DNA of 31,163 nucleotides from a virus (lineage: Duplodnaviria > Heunggongvirae > Uroviricota > Caudoviricetes), in the IMG/VR virus record IMGVR_UViG_2541047775_000006; one strand, written 5' to 3'. Positions 16,929-25,193 of this stretch are shown one piece after another. A program made the position numbers and the translations under genes. Each line of letters begins with the position of its first letter. Within the stretch, counting starts at the first letter, position 1. The notes under the pieces were generated by a model, which did not search any database, was not told the origin of the DNA, and saw nothing but the letters and a program-made list of their open reading frames with translations.

Positions 16929-17924
16929 TCAGGACAGCACACCAATCGCCAGCGCGCGATCGATAAAACGAAATATCAGCTCCAGTTGGGAACCATACTT
17001 CTCTTCAAATGCCACGGTATCCGCATGCAGCTCGTCGTGATGCTTTCTGCACAAAGGCAACACAAAAAGGTCATGCGCTTTTGTTCCCATTCCACCCTGA
17101 CCGTGACCTATCAGGTGGTGGGGATCATCAGCGGGCTTTCCACAACATGCACACGGCTGTGTCTTAACCCAGCGCGTGTACTTTTCATTAACCCAGCGGC
17201 GACGTTTTGGGCGTAACATAAAAGACTCCGGCGACTCCGGATCCACTTTCAGCGCCAGCACCTTTTTCGCCTTATCCCGGATGATGCTGGTGGCAGGAAC
17301 CGAAGGCACAAGGTCACTTTCCCGGGTAACAGTCGGCACAACAGGCTTCGGTAATCTCAGTGCCTTACGGGCTGCACTTTCCGGTAAGGCATCCGCCAGA
17401 TCATTACGAATCAGCCACCAGCACAGTTCCGGCATTGTCACAACGTGACTGTCATCAAAACCGAGATCCCGACGCACAACAGACAACACCCAGCGGGCAC
17501 AGTTATCCGTTGCCATTGATTCCAGCCGTTCCGTGAACTGATCGCGCAGCTGATTATCGCAGTGCCAGCACAGACGGATTGCACCCGGAGCGTGTCGCAT
17601 TGTGGTCATGTTCTCGCTGTGCCAGTCGGAATGAGGCCACTGGCAGCCTTTTTCACGAAGTAACCAGCTTTCAAGACATTCCACGCCACCAGCACGACGG
17701 ATCACTGCCTCATTGCGGAACACGGCCCGAACGGCAGGATCATCCGCCAGCGGTTGTGATGCCGCCGGAACGGCACCACTGGCGAAAGATGAATAACGTT
17801 CCGGCTCAGGCTCCAGCAGGACACGCCCCTGCATAAACAGGGGCATCAGCTCTGAACCTGGTCTGAACAATACGATCCCCATACGCGGGGCAATTTCAGG
17901 GGTCAGTAGTGCTCTCACGGTCAC
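16929..17924 (-). CDS. DUF968 (YdfU-like) protein with C-terminal HNH-like zinc motif
   Basis: 331 aa; C-terminus CACCGKPADDPHHLIGHGQGGMGTKAHDLFVLPLCRKHHDELH. Start codon uncertain (GTG at 17924 or ATG at 17882). Confidence 0.7.
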   Translation of the reverse strand: MTVRALLTPEIAPRMGIVLFRPGSELMPLFMQGRVLLEPEPERYSSFASGAVPAASQPLADDPAVRAVFRNEAVIRRAGGVECLESWLLREKGCQWPHSDWHSENMTTMRHAPGAIRLCWHCDNQLRDQFTERLESMATDNCARWVLSVVRRDLGFDDSHVVTMPELCWWLIRNDLADALPESAARKALRLPKPVVPTVTRESDLVPSVPATSIIRDKAKKVLALKVDPESPESFMLRPKRRRWVNEKYTRWVKTQPCACCGKPADDPHHLIGHGQGGMGTKAHDLFVLPLCRKHHDELHADTVAFEEKYGSQLELIFRFIDRALAIGVLS

Positions 17925-17925
17925 C

Positions 17926-18735
17926 TCAATGAACGGTATCGAGCAGCTTTAACAGCTCAGGGAATCGGGATTCGAAGAAGTGCGGCTGCGTCTCGCGCGG
18001 ATTTGCAGGACTGGTGATGTTCTTGCCGAACATGCAGCCTTTCGCCGTCAGCGACCAGAATTTTTTGATGTTGTTAATCGCGGTACGGCTGTATCGTTCG
18101 CGCTGCTCGACGATCCCCAGCTTCACCATCTGGTGATATGCCTGATTAGCCGTCAGGCGGATACCATACTGTTTCAGCAGTGCACTTAGCGACAGCGTGG
18201 GGCGACTTGAGCCATCGGGTGCATCGGCAGGAGCATCAATGGCATAGCGCGGTGCCAGATTCGGTAAGCCAACAGCCTCCTGGAGTTTCTGACAGGCACC
18301 AAGCACTGAAGAGTTAGACAGGTTTAATTCCCGGCGCATAAAGTCCAGCAGAATCACACCAGCCTGCATCTTGTCAGCAGCCTGTCCGGATAATTTATCC
18401 GGTGCGCTGGTTACCATGTCAAAAGTACGGATCACCTTCAGATGGAATGATGGACTGATCCACATTGCATAGGCATACACCAGTTCCTTGCAGACATACG
18501 TTCCCCGTTCATTTCCCCCATGAATCACACTCACCGGGTCAACCCCCAAATTCTGGGTGTTGGTCAATTCATGAACAAGCTCAACAGTTTGTTGGCTGGA
18601 AAGAAACTTTCCTGGCTCCTTGGTTCTGGCATTTGCACCAGATGCTACTGCTGCGCGATGCAGATCGTTCAGGCTGTAACGCCCATAAGCATCACGACGA
18701 ACTTCAATACCATCAATGACCATCAGATTATTCAT
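17926..18735 (-). CDS. KilA-N domain protein (antirepressor-like)
   Basis: N-terminal KilA-N signature MNNLMVIDGIEVRRDAYGRYSLNDLHRAA...; AGGAGA SD. Confidence 0.8.
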   Translation of the reverse strand: MNNLMVIDGIEVRRDAYGRYSLNDLHRAAVASGANARTKEPGKFLSSQQTVELVHELTNTQNLGVDPVSVIHGGNERGTYVCKELVYAYAMWISPSFHLKVIRTFDMVTSAPDKLSGQAADKMQAGVILLDFMRRELNLSNSSVLGACQKLQEAVGLPNLAPRYAIDAPADAPDGSSRPTLSLSALLKQYGIRLTANQAYHQMVKLGIVEQRERYSRTAINNIKKFWSLTAKGCMFGKNITSPANPRETQPHFFESRFPELLKLLDTVH

Positions 18736-18754
18736 ACTTCGTTTCTCCTCTTAA

Positions 18755-19144
18755 TCAGGCGGCTGCACCCGCCGTTTTCTCGTACTTACTGATAGTGATC
18801 TCGACCTTCCCTTCCGGGATAACTGGTCCCCACTCCACCAGCATTCTTTTCACCTGGCTGTCGTCTTCCCACACACCCGCGTGGGTCAGGGCGTCAAACA
18901 GCGCCTTGTTATAGTTGTCCAGATCGCGGATCCGGTTATCCGGAGGAAACAACACGATCTCCACTGAAGCAGGTGCCGACGTTGGTTTCGGCAGACGACG
19001 TAACTGCTCAACTATTGCTGTGCACGCCGCACTCTGGAATTTTCGCCCCGCCGCGCTTATCAGGCTCTTACCAGCAAATGCCCCTTTGTTGGGGTGTCGC
19101 CAGTAGGTGTTCACGCTGGGCGGAAAAGGCAGTATTAGCTTCAT
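18755..19144 (-). CDS. rusA: Holliday junction resolvase RusA
   Basis: 129 aa MKLILPFPPSVNTYWRH...RDLDNYNKALFDALTHAGVWEDDSQV, matching RusA catalytic core; ATGA coupling with dam. Confidence 0.85.
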   Translation of the reverse strand: MKLILPFPPSVNTYWRHPNKGAFAGKSLISAAGRKFQSAACTAIVEQLRRLPKPTSAPASVEIVLFPPDNRIRDLDNYNKALFDALTHAGVWEDDSQVKRMLVEWGPVIPEGKVEITISKYEKTAGAAA

Positions 19145-19794
19145 GCCACCATCTCCCTGACCAGTTTTTCCGCCTGCTGGCGAACCTGCGCCAGAAATGC
19201 CTCACCACATGCCTCAAGTTCATCGCGCCCGATGTAGCTGATTGCCGCTCCCTTCCAGGTCTTGTCGAAAACAGCAATAGCACCAGCGAAGAAAGCACCT
19301 GTTGGCACCTGCTTTTCGTCTTTCGGGATAAACCAGGCAGGCAGTTCAAAACCAATACGCCCGCGAATAAAAGCAATATGGTCCGCATCTTCCGGCCACC
19401 ACACTTCGCTGGTGGCAGCTTTGATCAGGAAAACATAGCGCCCGCCCTTATCACGCATGGCACTGGCATGTTTCATGATGTAACGCATGCCGGTGATGTA
19501 TTGCCCCTCATGCTGACTGGCGCGGCTGTATGGGGGATTACCAAAGGCAGCACCTTTAAGCTCCGCAAGACGTTCTGACCAGTCATGCGCCAGCGCGTTG
19601 TCTTCCGCCGTGTAATACGCAGCACATTTGGCGTTATCACCGTCAGTAAACAGATCCAGAACAAACGGGCCAAACAGAGTGTTAATTCCCCAGAAAATGT
19701 TGTCCGGCGTGCGCCACTGATCGCCCACTTCCTTCAGTTCATGGGCTGGTTTGTTCCGCAGTTCCACCAGTGCCTGACAATATTTATTACTCAT
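19141..19794 (-). CDS. phage DNA N6-adenine methyltransferase (Dam family)
   Basis: NPPY motif (AAFGNPPYS); start ATG 19794 overlaps upstream stop (TAATG). Track start 19827 is 11 codons upstream. Confidence 0.8.
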   Translation of the reverse strand: MSNKYCQALVELRNKPAHELKEVGDQWRTPDNIFWGINTLFGPFVLDLFTDGDNAKCAAYYTAEDNALAHDWSERLAELKGAAFGNPPYSRASQHEGQYITGMRYIMKHASAMRDKGGRYVFLIKAATSEVWWPEDADHIAFIRGRIGFELPAWFIPKDEKQVPTGAFFAGAIAVFDKTWKGAAISYIGRDELEACGEAFLAQVRQQAEKLVREMVA

Positions 19795-20282
19795 TAAGCC
19801 CCCACGTAATTCCCTGACAGATACCACTCTTCACCCGATGCTGCGCGCTTGCTGCTTTTCTGTAAGCACTGCTCACGACGCGCCAGAAAATTGTTTCGTT
19901 CTGGCTGGGAGTGGCTTTCACGGAATGCCGCCATCCACACCGTTGCAGCACGACGGTATAAGCCCCTGGACTCCAGTTCTTCAGCATGACGGGTCAGGCA
20001 CAAAATCACCCAGGGGTCGTTAGTGCCGACATAGAAATTGCTCACAGGTATGGTTTCAAGAACAGGTTGCAGTTTCTCCTCCTGCGATATCTCAGCCTGG
20101 TGTGGGAAATGTCTGCGTGTTTTCCCTTCACAACGGTGAGCCACACGCCCACTCTGACGTAACTTGCTTGCTGACTGCAGTACGCGCTGCCGTGAGTAAC
20201 CTGCAAAAGCATCCGCAATGTCTCCGGAAGTACAGCCCGGATGGGCTTCAATGAATTTCTGAACTTCATTCAAAAGACTCAT
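19794..20282 (-). CDS. hypothetical regulator with PerC-like C-terminal motif
   Basis: 162 aa from ATG 20282; motif ESRGLYRRAATVWMAAF resembles PerC/Pch proteins as I recall them. Confidence 0.5.
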   Translation of the reverse strand: MSLLNEVQKFIEAHPGCTSGDIADAFAGYSRQRVLQSASKLRQSGRVAHRCEGKTRRHFPHQAEISQEEKLQPVLETIPVSNFYVGTNDPWVILCLTRHAEELESRGLYRRAATVWMAAFRESHSQPERNNFLARREQCLQKSSKRAASGEEWYLSGNYVGA

Positions 20283-20284
20283 GA

Positions 20285-21226
20285 TCACCCCCTGAATCCT
20301 TCCGGGATCTGGCTGTAGTCCACGTTGTCGTAACTGGCTTTGAAGTACGGGTCTTCACGTTTTTCTGTGTGCGTGCTGACGGACGGCGATAAGCGCAGGG
20401 AAAGCTCATCCCATTTTTCCCGCAACTTCGACGGGCTGAGCACGTTACGGCACCAGAACGGATCACGGCTGACGCGGCTGTACATCTCGCAGATTTGTTT
20501 GTGAGTACGACCATCCTGCACACACATCAGGCGAATTTCGTTTGCCCATGCTGTCCAGTTCGGTTCTTTGGGACGAACCACCTCGCCGTCACATTCGGCG
20601 GCCTGCTCGTACAGGGCGATGATTTTTTTCCAGAGCCACTGTGCGCAGGTCAAATCATCCTGCGTTCCCCACTGGCGCTTTTTAGGGCTGAATACAACCG
20701 CATCAGGATGGCGAGTTAAAAAATCCTGTTCAGCCGTCTGCGTGTCCGGTTGCAAAGCGTCCGGACGAGAAGGTTTTTTATCTGACGGATCATGTTTTGA
20801 TTTTACTGACGGATCCCCGCCAGATTCTGACGGGTGAAAACACGCTTTTTTGCCAGATTTCGACGCATCAAATTTTGACGGGTCAGATTTTGATGCGTCA
20901 GATTTTGACGGGTCAGAATCTGACAGTTGAGAAAATGCCGCAGCCTGAAGCTTCGCAACGTTAAGCTGATAAACATTCGACGCATTGCGGTTACCCTGGC
21001 GACGCGCCTTACGCGTTAACCAGCCTTCTGCTTCCAGCCGTGCGATAGCCGTTCTGACGGTACTCATCCCCGCGCCAATCTGGCGGGCAATGGTTTCAAT
21101 TGATGGCCAGCACACACCCTCGTCATTACTGAAATCAGCCAGACGGGCCATAATTGCCACACTGGATAATTTCATGCCTGACGCTGCGCAACCATCCCAT
21201 ACATAGCCGGTTAATTTGGTGCTCAC
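20285..21226 (-). CDS. replication initiation protein (O-like, N-terminal HTH) containing origin iterons
   Basis: 313 aa; GTG start with AAGGAGGTG SD, GTGA overlap with rha stop. Central low-complexity linker (SDSDPSKSDASKSDPSKFDASKS) is encoded by tandem DNA repeats. Confidence 0.75.
   Translation of the reverse strand: MSTKLTGYVWDGCAASGMKLSSVAIMARLADFSNDEGVCWPSIETIARQIGAGMSTVRTAIARLEAEGWLTRKARRQGNRNASNVYQLNVAKLQAAAFSQLSDSDPSKSDASKSDPSKFDASKSGKKACFHPSESGGDPSVKSKHDPSDKKPSRPDALQPDTQTAEQDFLTRHPDAVVFSPKKRQWGTQDDLTCAQWLWKKIIALYEQAAECDGEVVRPKEPNWTAWANEIRLMCVQDGRTHKQICEMYSRVSRDPFWCRNVLSPSKLREKWDELSLRLSPSVSTHTEKREDPYFKASYDNVDYSQIPEGFRG
20781..20930. repeat. tandem approx. 15-bp iterons (putative replication origin) inside O-like gene
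   Basis: At least 6 tandem copies of CAGATTTTGACGGGT-like units (20821..20929) plus degenerate ACTGACGGATC copies upstream, next to an AT-rich tract. Analogous to lambda ori inside O. Confidence 0.7.
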
Positions 21227-21768
21227 TTACGCACCTCCTTATGCTTTTCGTTCAGTTCCGAGTCCACCAGCCCGGCAACGAATACACCATCGTTGATGTA
21301 GTCGTAGAGCGATGAAGCCAGCGGAGACTGAACTGAAACCAGCATCGGATAAAGTTGTTCTAACCAAACGCGGTGAATTTCAGCCATGTAGAGGTAAACA
21401 ACGTGGGCATTGTGCGCGACACATGAAGTATCAACCTTTCCGATCAGCGCCTGTTCCATCTGGTTAAAGGCATTGATGTATGCCTCTTTGAACCGGGCTG
21501 CACGTTTGCCAGTAAAGCCCATAGCAAGGAACGCGAAGCCATCGCGGGTGATTTGATAGCAAGGTAGTTTGCGGCCTGTGCAATCGGTGTAATCACTGGG
21601 CTGAAAATTCAGCTCAGTGAATTCAACAGAGCACTCAAGCGTCTGGATTTTTTGAATAACGTTTTTGTGCTGCTTGCAGAAATATTCGGCAACGGCCAAA
21701 GAAGAGGTAACAGCCTTCCCATGGATAACATCAATTTTAGGGTGAGTTTGGGTAGGGGTGGTTGCCAT
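21223..21768 (-). CDS. Rha family phage regulatory protein
   Basis: ATG at 21768 with GAGGATG SD gives MATTPTQTHPKIDVIHGKAVTSSLAVAEYF...ITRDGFAFLAMGFTGKRAARFKEAYINAF. Track ORF extends to 22062 through non-coding repeats. Confidence 0.75.
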   Translation of the reverse strand: MATTPTQTHPKIDVIHGKAVTSSLAVAEYFCKQHKNVIQKIQTLECSVEFTELNFQPSDYTDCTGRKLPCYQITRDGFAFLAMGFTGKRAARFKEAYINAFNQMEQALIGKVDTSCVAHNAHVVYLYMAEIHRVWLEQLYPMLVSVQSPLASSLYDYINDGVFVAGLVDSELNEKHKEVRK

Positions 21769-21930
21769 AGTGACATCCTCATGTGCGAATTTTGAAAACT
21801 CACCACATGGGACGCCAATCACAGAGGTGGTGAGACGTACAGGGTTGGCGTAACCGGTCGCACATGACCCCGGCGCATCTTTCGATGCCCCTGCACGCCC
21901 CACCATAATTTGGATGTGAGGAAACGTGCG

Positions 21931-21954
21931 CAAAAAAACCGCTGAAGCGCGGTT
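21931..21954 (-). terminator. terminator-like hairpin (tR1-like) upstream of rha
   Basis: Plus-strand aaaaaaAACCGCtgaagcGCGGTT; on the minus strand a stem then 7 U, about 85 nt downstream of the DUF4222 gene stop. Confidence 0.45.
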
Positions 21955-22039
21955 ATGCGCATGTGCGAATTTCAGGACGCCAATCCCGGCACCCGCTTTA
22001 TAAGGTGCCTGAACAGTGTAACGTCCCGGAATGGCAGAA

Positions 22040-22231
22040 TCAATCATTACTGGTTTGCTCATGATCGTCCCTTATCTCCCTGAACTTTTGCCTGAAATGC
22101 TCAAGTGGGCTGAAGCATTCATGTTCATAGCCTTCACGGAGGTAGATAACCCGTTGTGTTTCCGGCTCCCAACGAATGACTCTGACGGGCACTCCGTGGT
22201 GATCTTTGAACCAGCGGTTAACTTGTCGCAA
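22040..22231 (-). CDS. small hypothetical protein (DUF4222-like)
   Basis: 63 aa [40 protein letters not shown]...; TTG start at 22231 preceded by AAGGAGA at optimal spacing. A paralogue sits at 29157..29399. Confidence 0.6.
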   Translation of the reverse strand: MRQVNRWFKDHHGVPVRVIRWEPETQRVIYLREGYEHECFSPLEHFRQKFREIRDDHEQTSND

Positions 22232-22410
22232 AGGACTGTCTCCTTCTGCCGGTTGAAATCACCCACAGCCCACTCTGCAAAGCTGTGGGTTACAATTTCC
22301 CTGTCACCTGGTACATTCACTGCATAGCAATACTCCACCTTCGCTTTTCCACCCGGTACAGGAAGCGCAATCAGTTGCGAGCGACGGTAGTGTGTTGTTA
22401 AACTGTTCAT
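22072..22410 (-). CDS. hypothetical protein; 3' half overlaps next gene out of frame (possible frameshift)
   Basis: ATG at 22410 forms ATGA with upstream stop. N-terminal ~60 aa look protein-like; C-terminal ~50 aa are low-complexity and overlap 22040..22231 by 160 nt. Confidence 0.4.
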   Translation of the reverse strand: MNSLTTHYRRSQLIALPVPGGKAKVEYCYAVNVPGDREIVTHSFAEWAVGDFNRQKETVLCDKLTAGSKITTECPSESFVGSRKHNGLSTSVKAMNMNASAHLSISGKSSGR

Positions 22411-23048
22411 GCGTTAGTTTCTCCACAACCAGAAGCAATCGACGCCACGACGCCCGGAGCTGCACACTCGCGGGCGTTACTCTTTTCCGGCGCACAAAAA
22501 ACACGAAATAACAGTGTTAAATGCTCCTGCCACTTCGCCATTACTTGGTAGCTGTTCTCTTCGATTTGCTCACGCTCAGCCTGGTCAATAACTCCATCAG
22601 CAGTTGCCTTGCGTAAGTACTGGGAATGCTTGCCAATCCATTCTATTGACTCCATCAGCCGCTGATTAATGTCACCATTGTCAATGTCATCAATGACCAC
22701 CAGCGGCACAAACACCCCATTACTACGACGGGCTATTGCATCCGTTACATGCCTGGTACCACTGGCATCCTGTAAAACCATGGCCCACTCAAGTGGAAAA
22801 ATTTGATCCCCACCGCTACGCAGTCTGTTATGCAATTGATCTTTTGCTGGGGTGATATCATCAGATTTATACAAACCAAGAATTTCTGCTGCTTCCTCAT
22901 AGCCATGAGGTAAATCAGCAATCGTTCTTCGTATTGCTGCCACCAGCCATGCTGGTTGCTTATCAACTTTCCATTCAGGTTCTTTACCCACGTTTAAGCC
23001 CTCATATCTGTGGTTTCTGTAAATCGATTTATCCATTAGATTTTTCAT
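22407..23048 (-). CDS. early regulatory protein at the cII position (function unassigned)
   Basis: Probable ATG at 23048 ([13 protein letters not shown]...), just 5' of the cro stop; track ORF start 23105 would overlap cro by 77 nt. Confidence 0.55.
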   Translation of the reverse strand: MKNLMDKSIYRNHRYEGLNVGKEPEWKVDKQPAWLVAAIRRTIADLPHGYEEAAEILGLYKSDDITPAKDQLHNRLRSGGDQIFPLEWAMVLQDASGTRHVTDAIARRSNGVFVPLVVIDDIDNGDINQRLMESIEWIGKHSQYLRKATADGVIDQAEREQIEENSYQVMAKWQEHLTLLFRVFCAPEKSNARECAAPGVVASIASGCGETNA

Positions 23049-23229
23049 AAAGCTCAGGTTTAAATGGCAACCGTCCGCAAGTTCTATATGCAGCCTCTGC
23101 TGCACGTCCTTTTGGAATTAACTGGCCAGGACGGTTTCGCCACTGATAAACGGCTTCAGTTGTTATGCCGAAAAAAGCAGCAACTTTCTCAATGCTGCCG
23201 AAGTAGCTTTCGATATCGTCAGTCGTCAT
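23029..23229 (-). CDS. cro: Cro-like HTH repressor
   Basis: 66 aa, divergent from cI across a 97-bp operator region; HTH-like segment VAAFFGITTEAVYQWRNR. Confidence 0.7.
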   Translation of the reverse strand: MTTDDIESYFGSIEKVAAFFGITTEAVYQWRNRPGQLIPKGRAAEAAYRTCGRLPFKPELYEKSNG

Positions 23230-23326
23230 ATGCCCTCCAAACTAAGTTTTATTAGATGTTAATTATCAATCTATCTTAGGTCAATAAAAACTAAGATTAC
23301 TTAGTAATTAAAGAAATGGTGCTCCT
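23230..23326. promoter_or_regulatory. OR-like operator/promoter region (divergent cro and cI promoters)
   Basis: Three 16-bp operator-like sites sharing half-site ACTAAG/CTTAGT: ACTAAGTTTTATTAGA (23241..23256), CTTAGgtcaataaaaaCTAAG (23276..23296), ACTAAGATTACTTAGT (23290..23305). Confidence 0.65.
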
Positions 23327-23953
23327 ATGGAAACGGTTGGTCAGCGTATAAAAGCTCTGAGAAGAGTTACCAGAACGTCCCAGAAAGAATTGGGTAAATT
23401 TTGTGGAGTAAGTGACGTTGCTGTGGGGTACTGGGAGAAAGACATCAATGTCCCTGGTGGGGAAGCACTTTCAAAATTAGCGAAGTTCTTCAATACGTCA
23501 ATAGATTACATTCTTTATGGTGCGGAGTTTGAAGGCAAACTCGTCACAAACATGCGCAGAGTTCCTGTAATCTCGTGGGTTCAGGCTGGGCAGTTTACTG
23601 AGTGCAGGACAGCAGAAGTGTTTAGTGAAGTAGACAAGTGGGTAGATACATCATTAAAGATTGGTGATAACTCATTTGCATTGGAGGTTAAAGGCGACTC
23701 CATGACTAACCCTAACGGCCTCCCAACAATACCAGAAGGCGCAACAGTGATTGTAGATCCTGATGCAGAACCCCGGCATGGAAAAATAGTCATCGCTAGA
23801 CTTGATGGAACAAACGAAGCCACAGTAAAAAAATTAGTTATCGATGGCCCTCAAAAGTTTTTAGTGCCATTAAATCCCCGGTACCCCAACATCCCGATCA
23901 ATGGTAATTGCCTCATCATTGGTGTAGTCAAAGGAGTTCAATACGAACTCTAG
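23327..23953 (+). CDS. cI: CI-like repressor (HTH_XRE plus S24 LexA-like peptidase)
   Basis: 208 aa; N-terminal HTH (QKELGKFCGVSDVAVGYWEKD), C-terminal peptidase with Ser in GDSM and Lys in VKKL; GGTGCTCCT ATG. Confidence 0.9.
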   Translation: METVGQRIKALRRVTRTSQKELGKFCGVSDVAVGYWEKDINVPGGEALSKLAKFFNTSIDYILYGAEFEGKLVTNMRRVPVISWVQAGQFTECRTAEVFSEVDKWVDTSLKIGDNSFALEVKGDSMTNPNGLPTIPEGATVIVDPDAEPRHGKIVIARLDGTNEATVKKLVIDGPQKFLVPLNPRYPNIPINGNCLIIGVVKGVQYEL

Positions 23954-23972
23954 CCCCCCCTTTTCTCTAACC

Positions 23973-24006
23973 AAAACACCGAACTAAGAAAAGTTTGGTG
24001 TTTTCT
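23973..24006 (+). terminator. terminator-like hairpin after cI
   Basis: AAAACACC...GGTGTTTT, an 8-bp stem followed by CTCTT, about 20 nt after the cI stop. Confidence 0.45.
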
Positions 24007-24017
24007 CTTGCCATTAA

Positions 24018-24033
24018 AACTAAGTTAAGTTAG
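24018..24033. promoter_or_regulatory. OL-like operator site (ACTAAGTTAAGTTAGA), possible pL region
   Basis: 16-bp site matching the OR half-site pattern; possible -35 TTGCCA (24009..24014) and -10 TAGATT overlapping it, directed to the plus strand. Confidence 0.4.
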
Positions 24034-24142
24034 ATTTTATATCAAAGATAACGAACAGGCAGGACGCCCACGAAGTAGCCGCCTGGGGCATATGAAGTCC
24101 AGGATGATTCGTTAGTACCAAAAAAGCGCCCTACCGGACGCT

Positions 24143-24175
24143 TCGCTCTTTAAAAATCAGTAACCCTCACTTTGG
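24143..24175 (+). promoter_or_regulatory. boxA-like motif with short downstream hairpin (nutL-like)
   Basis: CGCTCTTTAAAAAT resembles lambda nutL boxA CGCTCTTAAAAATT and rrn boxA (from memory); followed 11 nt later by CCCtcacttTGGG. Confidence 0.35.
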
Positions 24176-24309
24176 GCCTGGATCTGGTGGCCTGGGACGA
24201 GGTGGAATATGAAAAGGCTCTATTGGTCGACTCATTATCCAATCCTATTATGTCTCATTTCTTCGGTTTCGGTGGTTTCGGCTTCGGAGGTACATGTCCG
24301 TGAACTGGA

Positions 24310-24804
24310 TTATGCTTGTTGGTCATCATTAATATCCGTTAGTTCATTCTCTAGAGGTAGATCTCCCGCACACCAAGCTATAAATTTTTCTTTGGTTGTT
24401 AAATCGTACTTAGTTGGAACACCAGCAAAAATACAGGCCCGAATGAAAGCCGCTCGTTCAAGTGATTTCCATGGATTACTATCAGTATCTTGGATTTTTA
24501 AATACCTAGCTTGCAACTGATCTTCAGGAAGGGTATCAGACTCAATCAGCAGTCTTTTGTAATGCCTCGCTTGCTCTTTAGACATTCCAGCCTCTTGGCC
24601 AAACTGATAGACCAACTGAAGAACCGAAAGTACGGCAACAAACAAACCGAAAATAAATAAATTACTGTACGGGGCGAAAACTGAAAAACCGAGAACGATT
24701 AACATCAACGTTATTAATTTATCAATGCGAGTTAACAACGTGTAATTCATCTTCTCCAATACATAAGAGTAGTGAACATAAAATTTATAATCGTCTCTGG
24801 TCAT
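24310..24804 (-). CDS. unrecognised membrane protein, convergent to cI (candidate exclusion/defence moron)
   Basis: 164-aa uninterrupted ORF in AT-rich DNA; hydrophobic segments LITLMLIVLGFSVFAPYSNLFIFGLFVAVLSVLQLVYQF, then a charged soluble C-terminal domain. No family recognised by eye. Confidence 0.6.
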   Translation of the reverse strand: MTRDDYKFYVHYSYVLEKMNYTLLTRIDKLITLMLIVLGFSVFAPYSNLFIFGLFVAVLSVLQLVYQFGQEAGMSKEQARHYKRLLIESDTLPEDQLQARYLKIQDTDSNPWKSLERAAFIRACIFAGVPTKYDLTTKEKFIAWCAGDLPLENELTDINDDQQA

Positions 24805-24905
24805 ATTAGTCTCAGTTTTCCTTGGGTGGTTTTGGAGGAACTGGAGGCTTTTGTCTTAACGGCACATGCCTCTCCTCATACTTATCTACACATAGATCCA
24901 TATAA

Positions 24906-25053
24906 ATCCTTATCGTTGTTGGGGAGGGTTACATAATAACCAAATCCTTGTTGTTGGGGAATAACCAGGTCCACCTCGCCTGATGTGGCTAAAAGCAGGC
25001 ACATAACAGCTAAGTATTTTCAACCAGAGAGAATCCTTAGCGTTGTGGTGAAT
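24906..25053. repeat. three imperfect approx. 20-bp direct repeats flanking a 15-bp palindrome
   Basis: ATCCTTATCGTTGTTGGGGA (24906), ATCCTTGTTGTTGGGGA (24944), ATCCTTAGCGTTGTGGTGA (25033); palindrome GGTTACATAATAACC (24927..24941). Confidence 0.6.
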
Positions 25054-25193
25054 GCGCAGGCTGATGCGCGAAAGACATTGCAGCTATTGCGGAAAAGAGC
25101 TGTTCGGCGGGGCAATTAAACGCCCGTGAGAGTCTGAAATAACCGCAAGCCGGAGATCAGCACCGGTCACCACAACAGCCACTGCTTTGGCGG

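Noticed and set aside
20781-20930. Tandem short repeats considered as a possible CRISPR array
   Set aside because: Repeats are about 15 bp, contiguous without spacers, and lie inside the replication-initiator ORF; they are ori-type iterons.
21769-22062. N-terminal 98-codon extension of the Rha ORF
   Set aside because: Region consists of direct repeats and a hairpin; a strong SD and ATG at 21768 start the conserved Rha domain, so the extension is most likely non-coding.
24209-24520. 103-aa plus-strand ORF with good SD at the position expected for an N antiterminator
   Set aside because: Ser-rich and hydrophobic with no Arg-rich motif; its 5' part derives from repetitive TTCGG DNA and its 3' two-thirds is antisense to the more convincing 164-aa membrane-protein ORF. 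Not called as CDS, though a divergent N cannot be fully excluded.
25052-25129. 25-aa ORF with a single CxxC (MRRLMRERHCSYCGKELFGGAIKRP)
   Set aside because: Superficially TraR/DksA zinc-finger-like but has only one Cys pair, poor SD spacing and lies in repeat-rich non-coding DNA; probably chance or a gene remnant.
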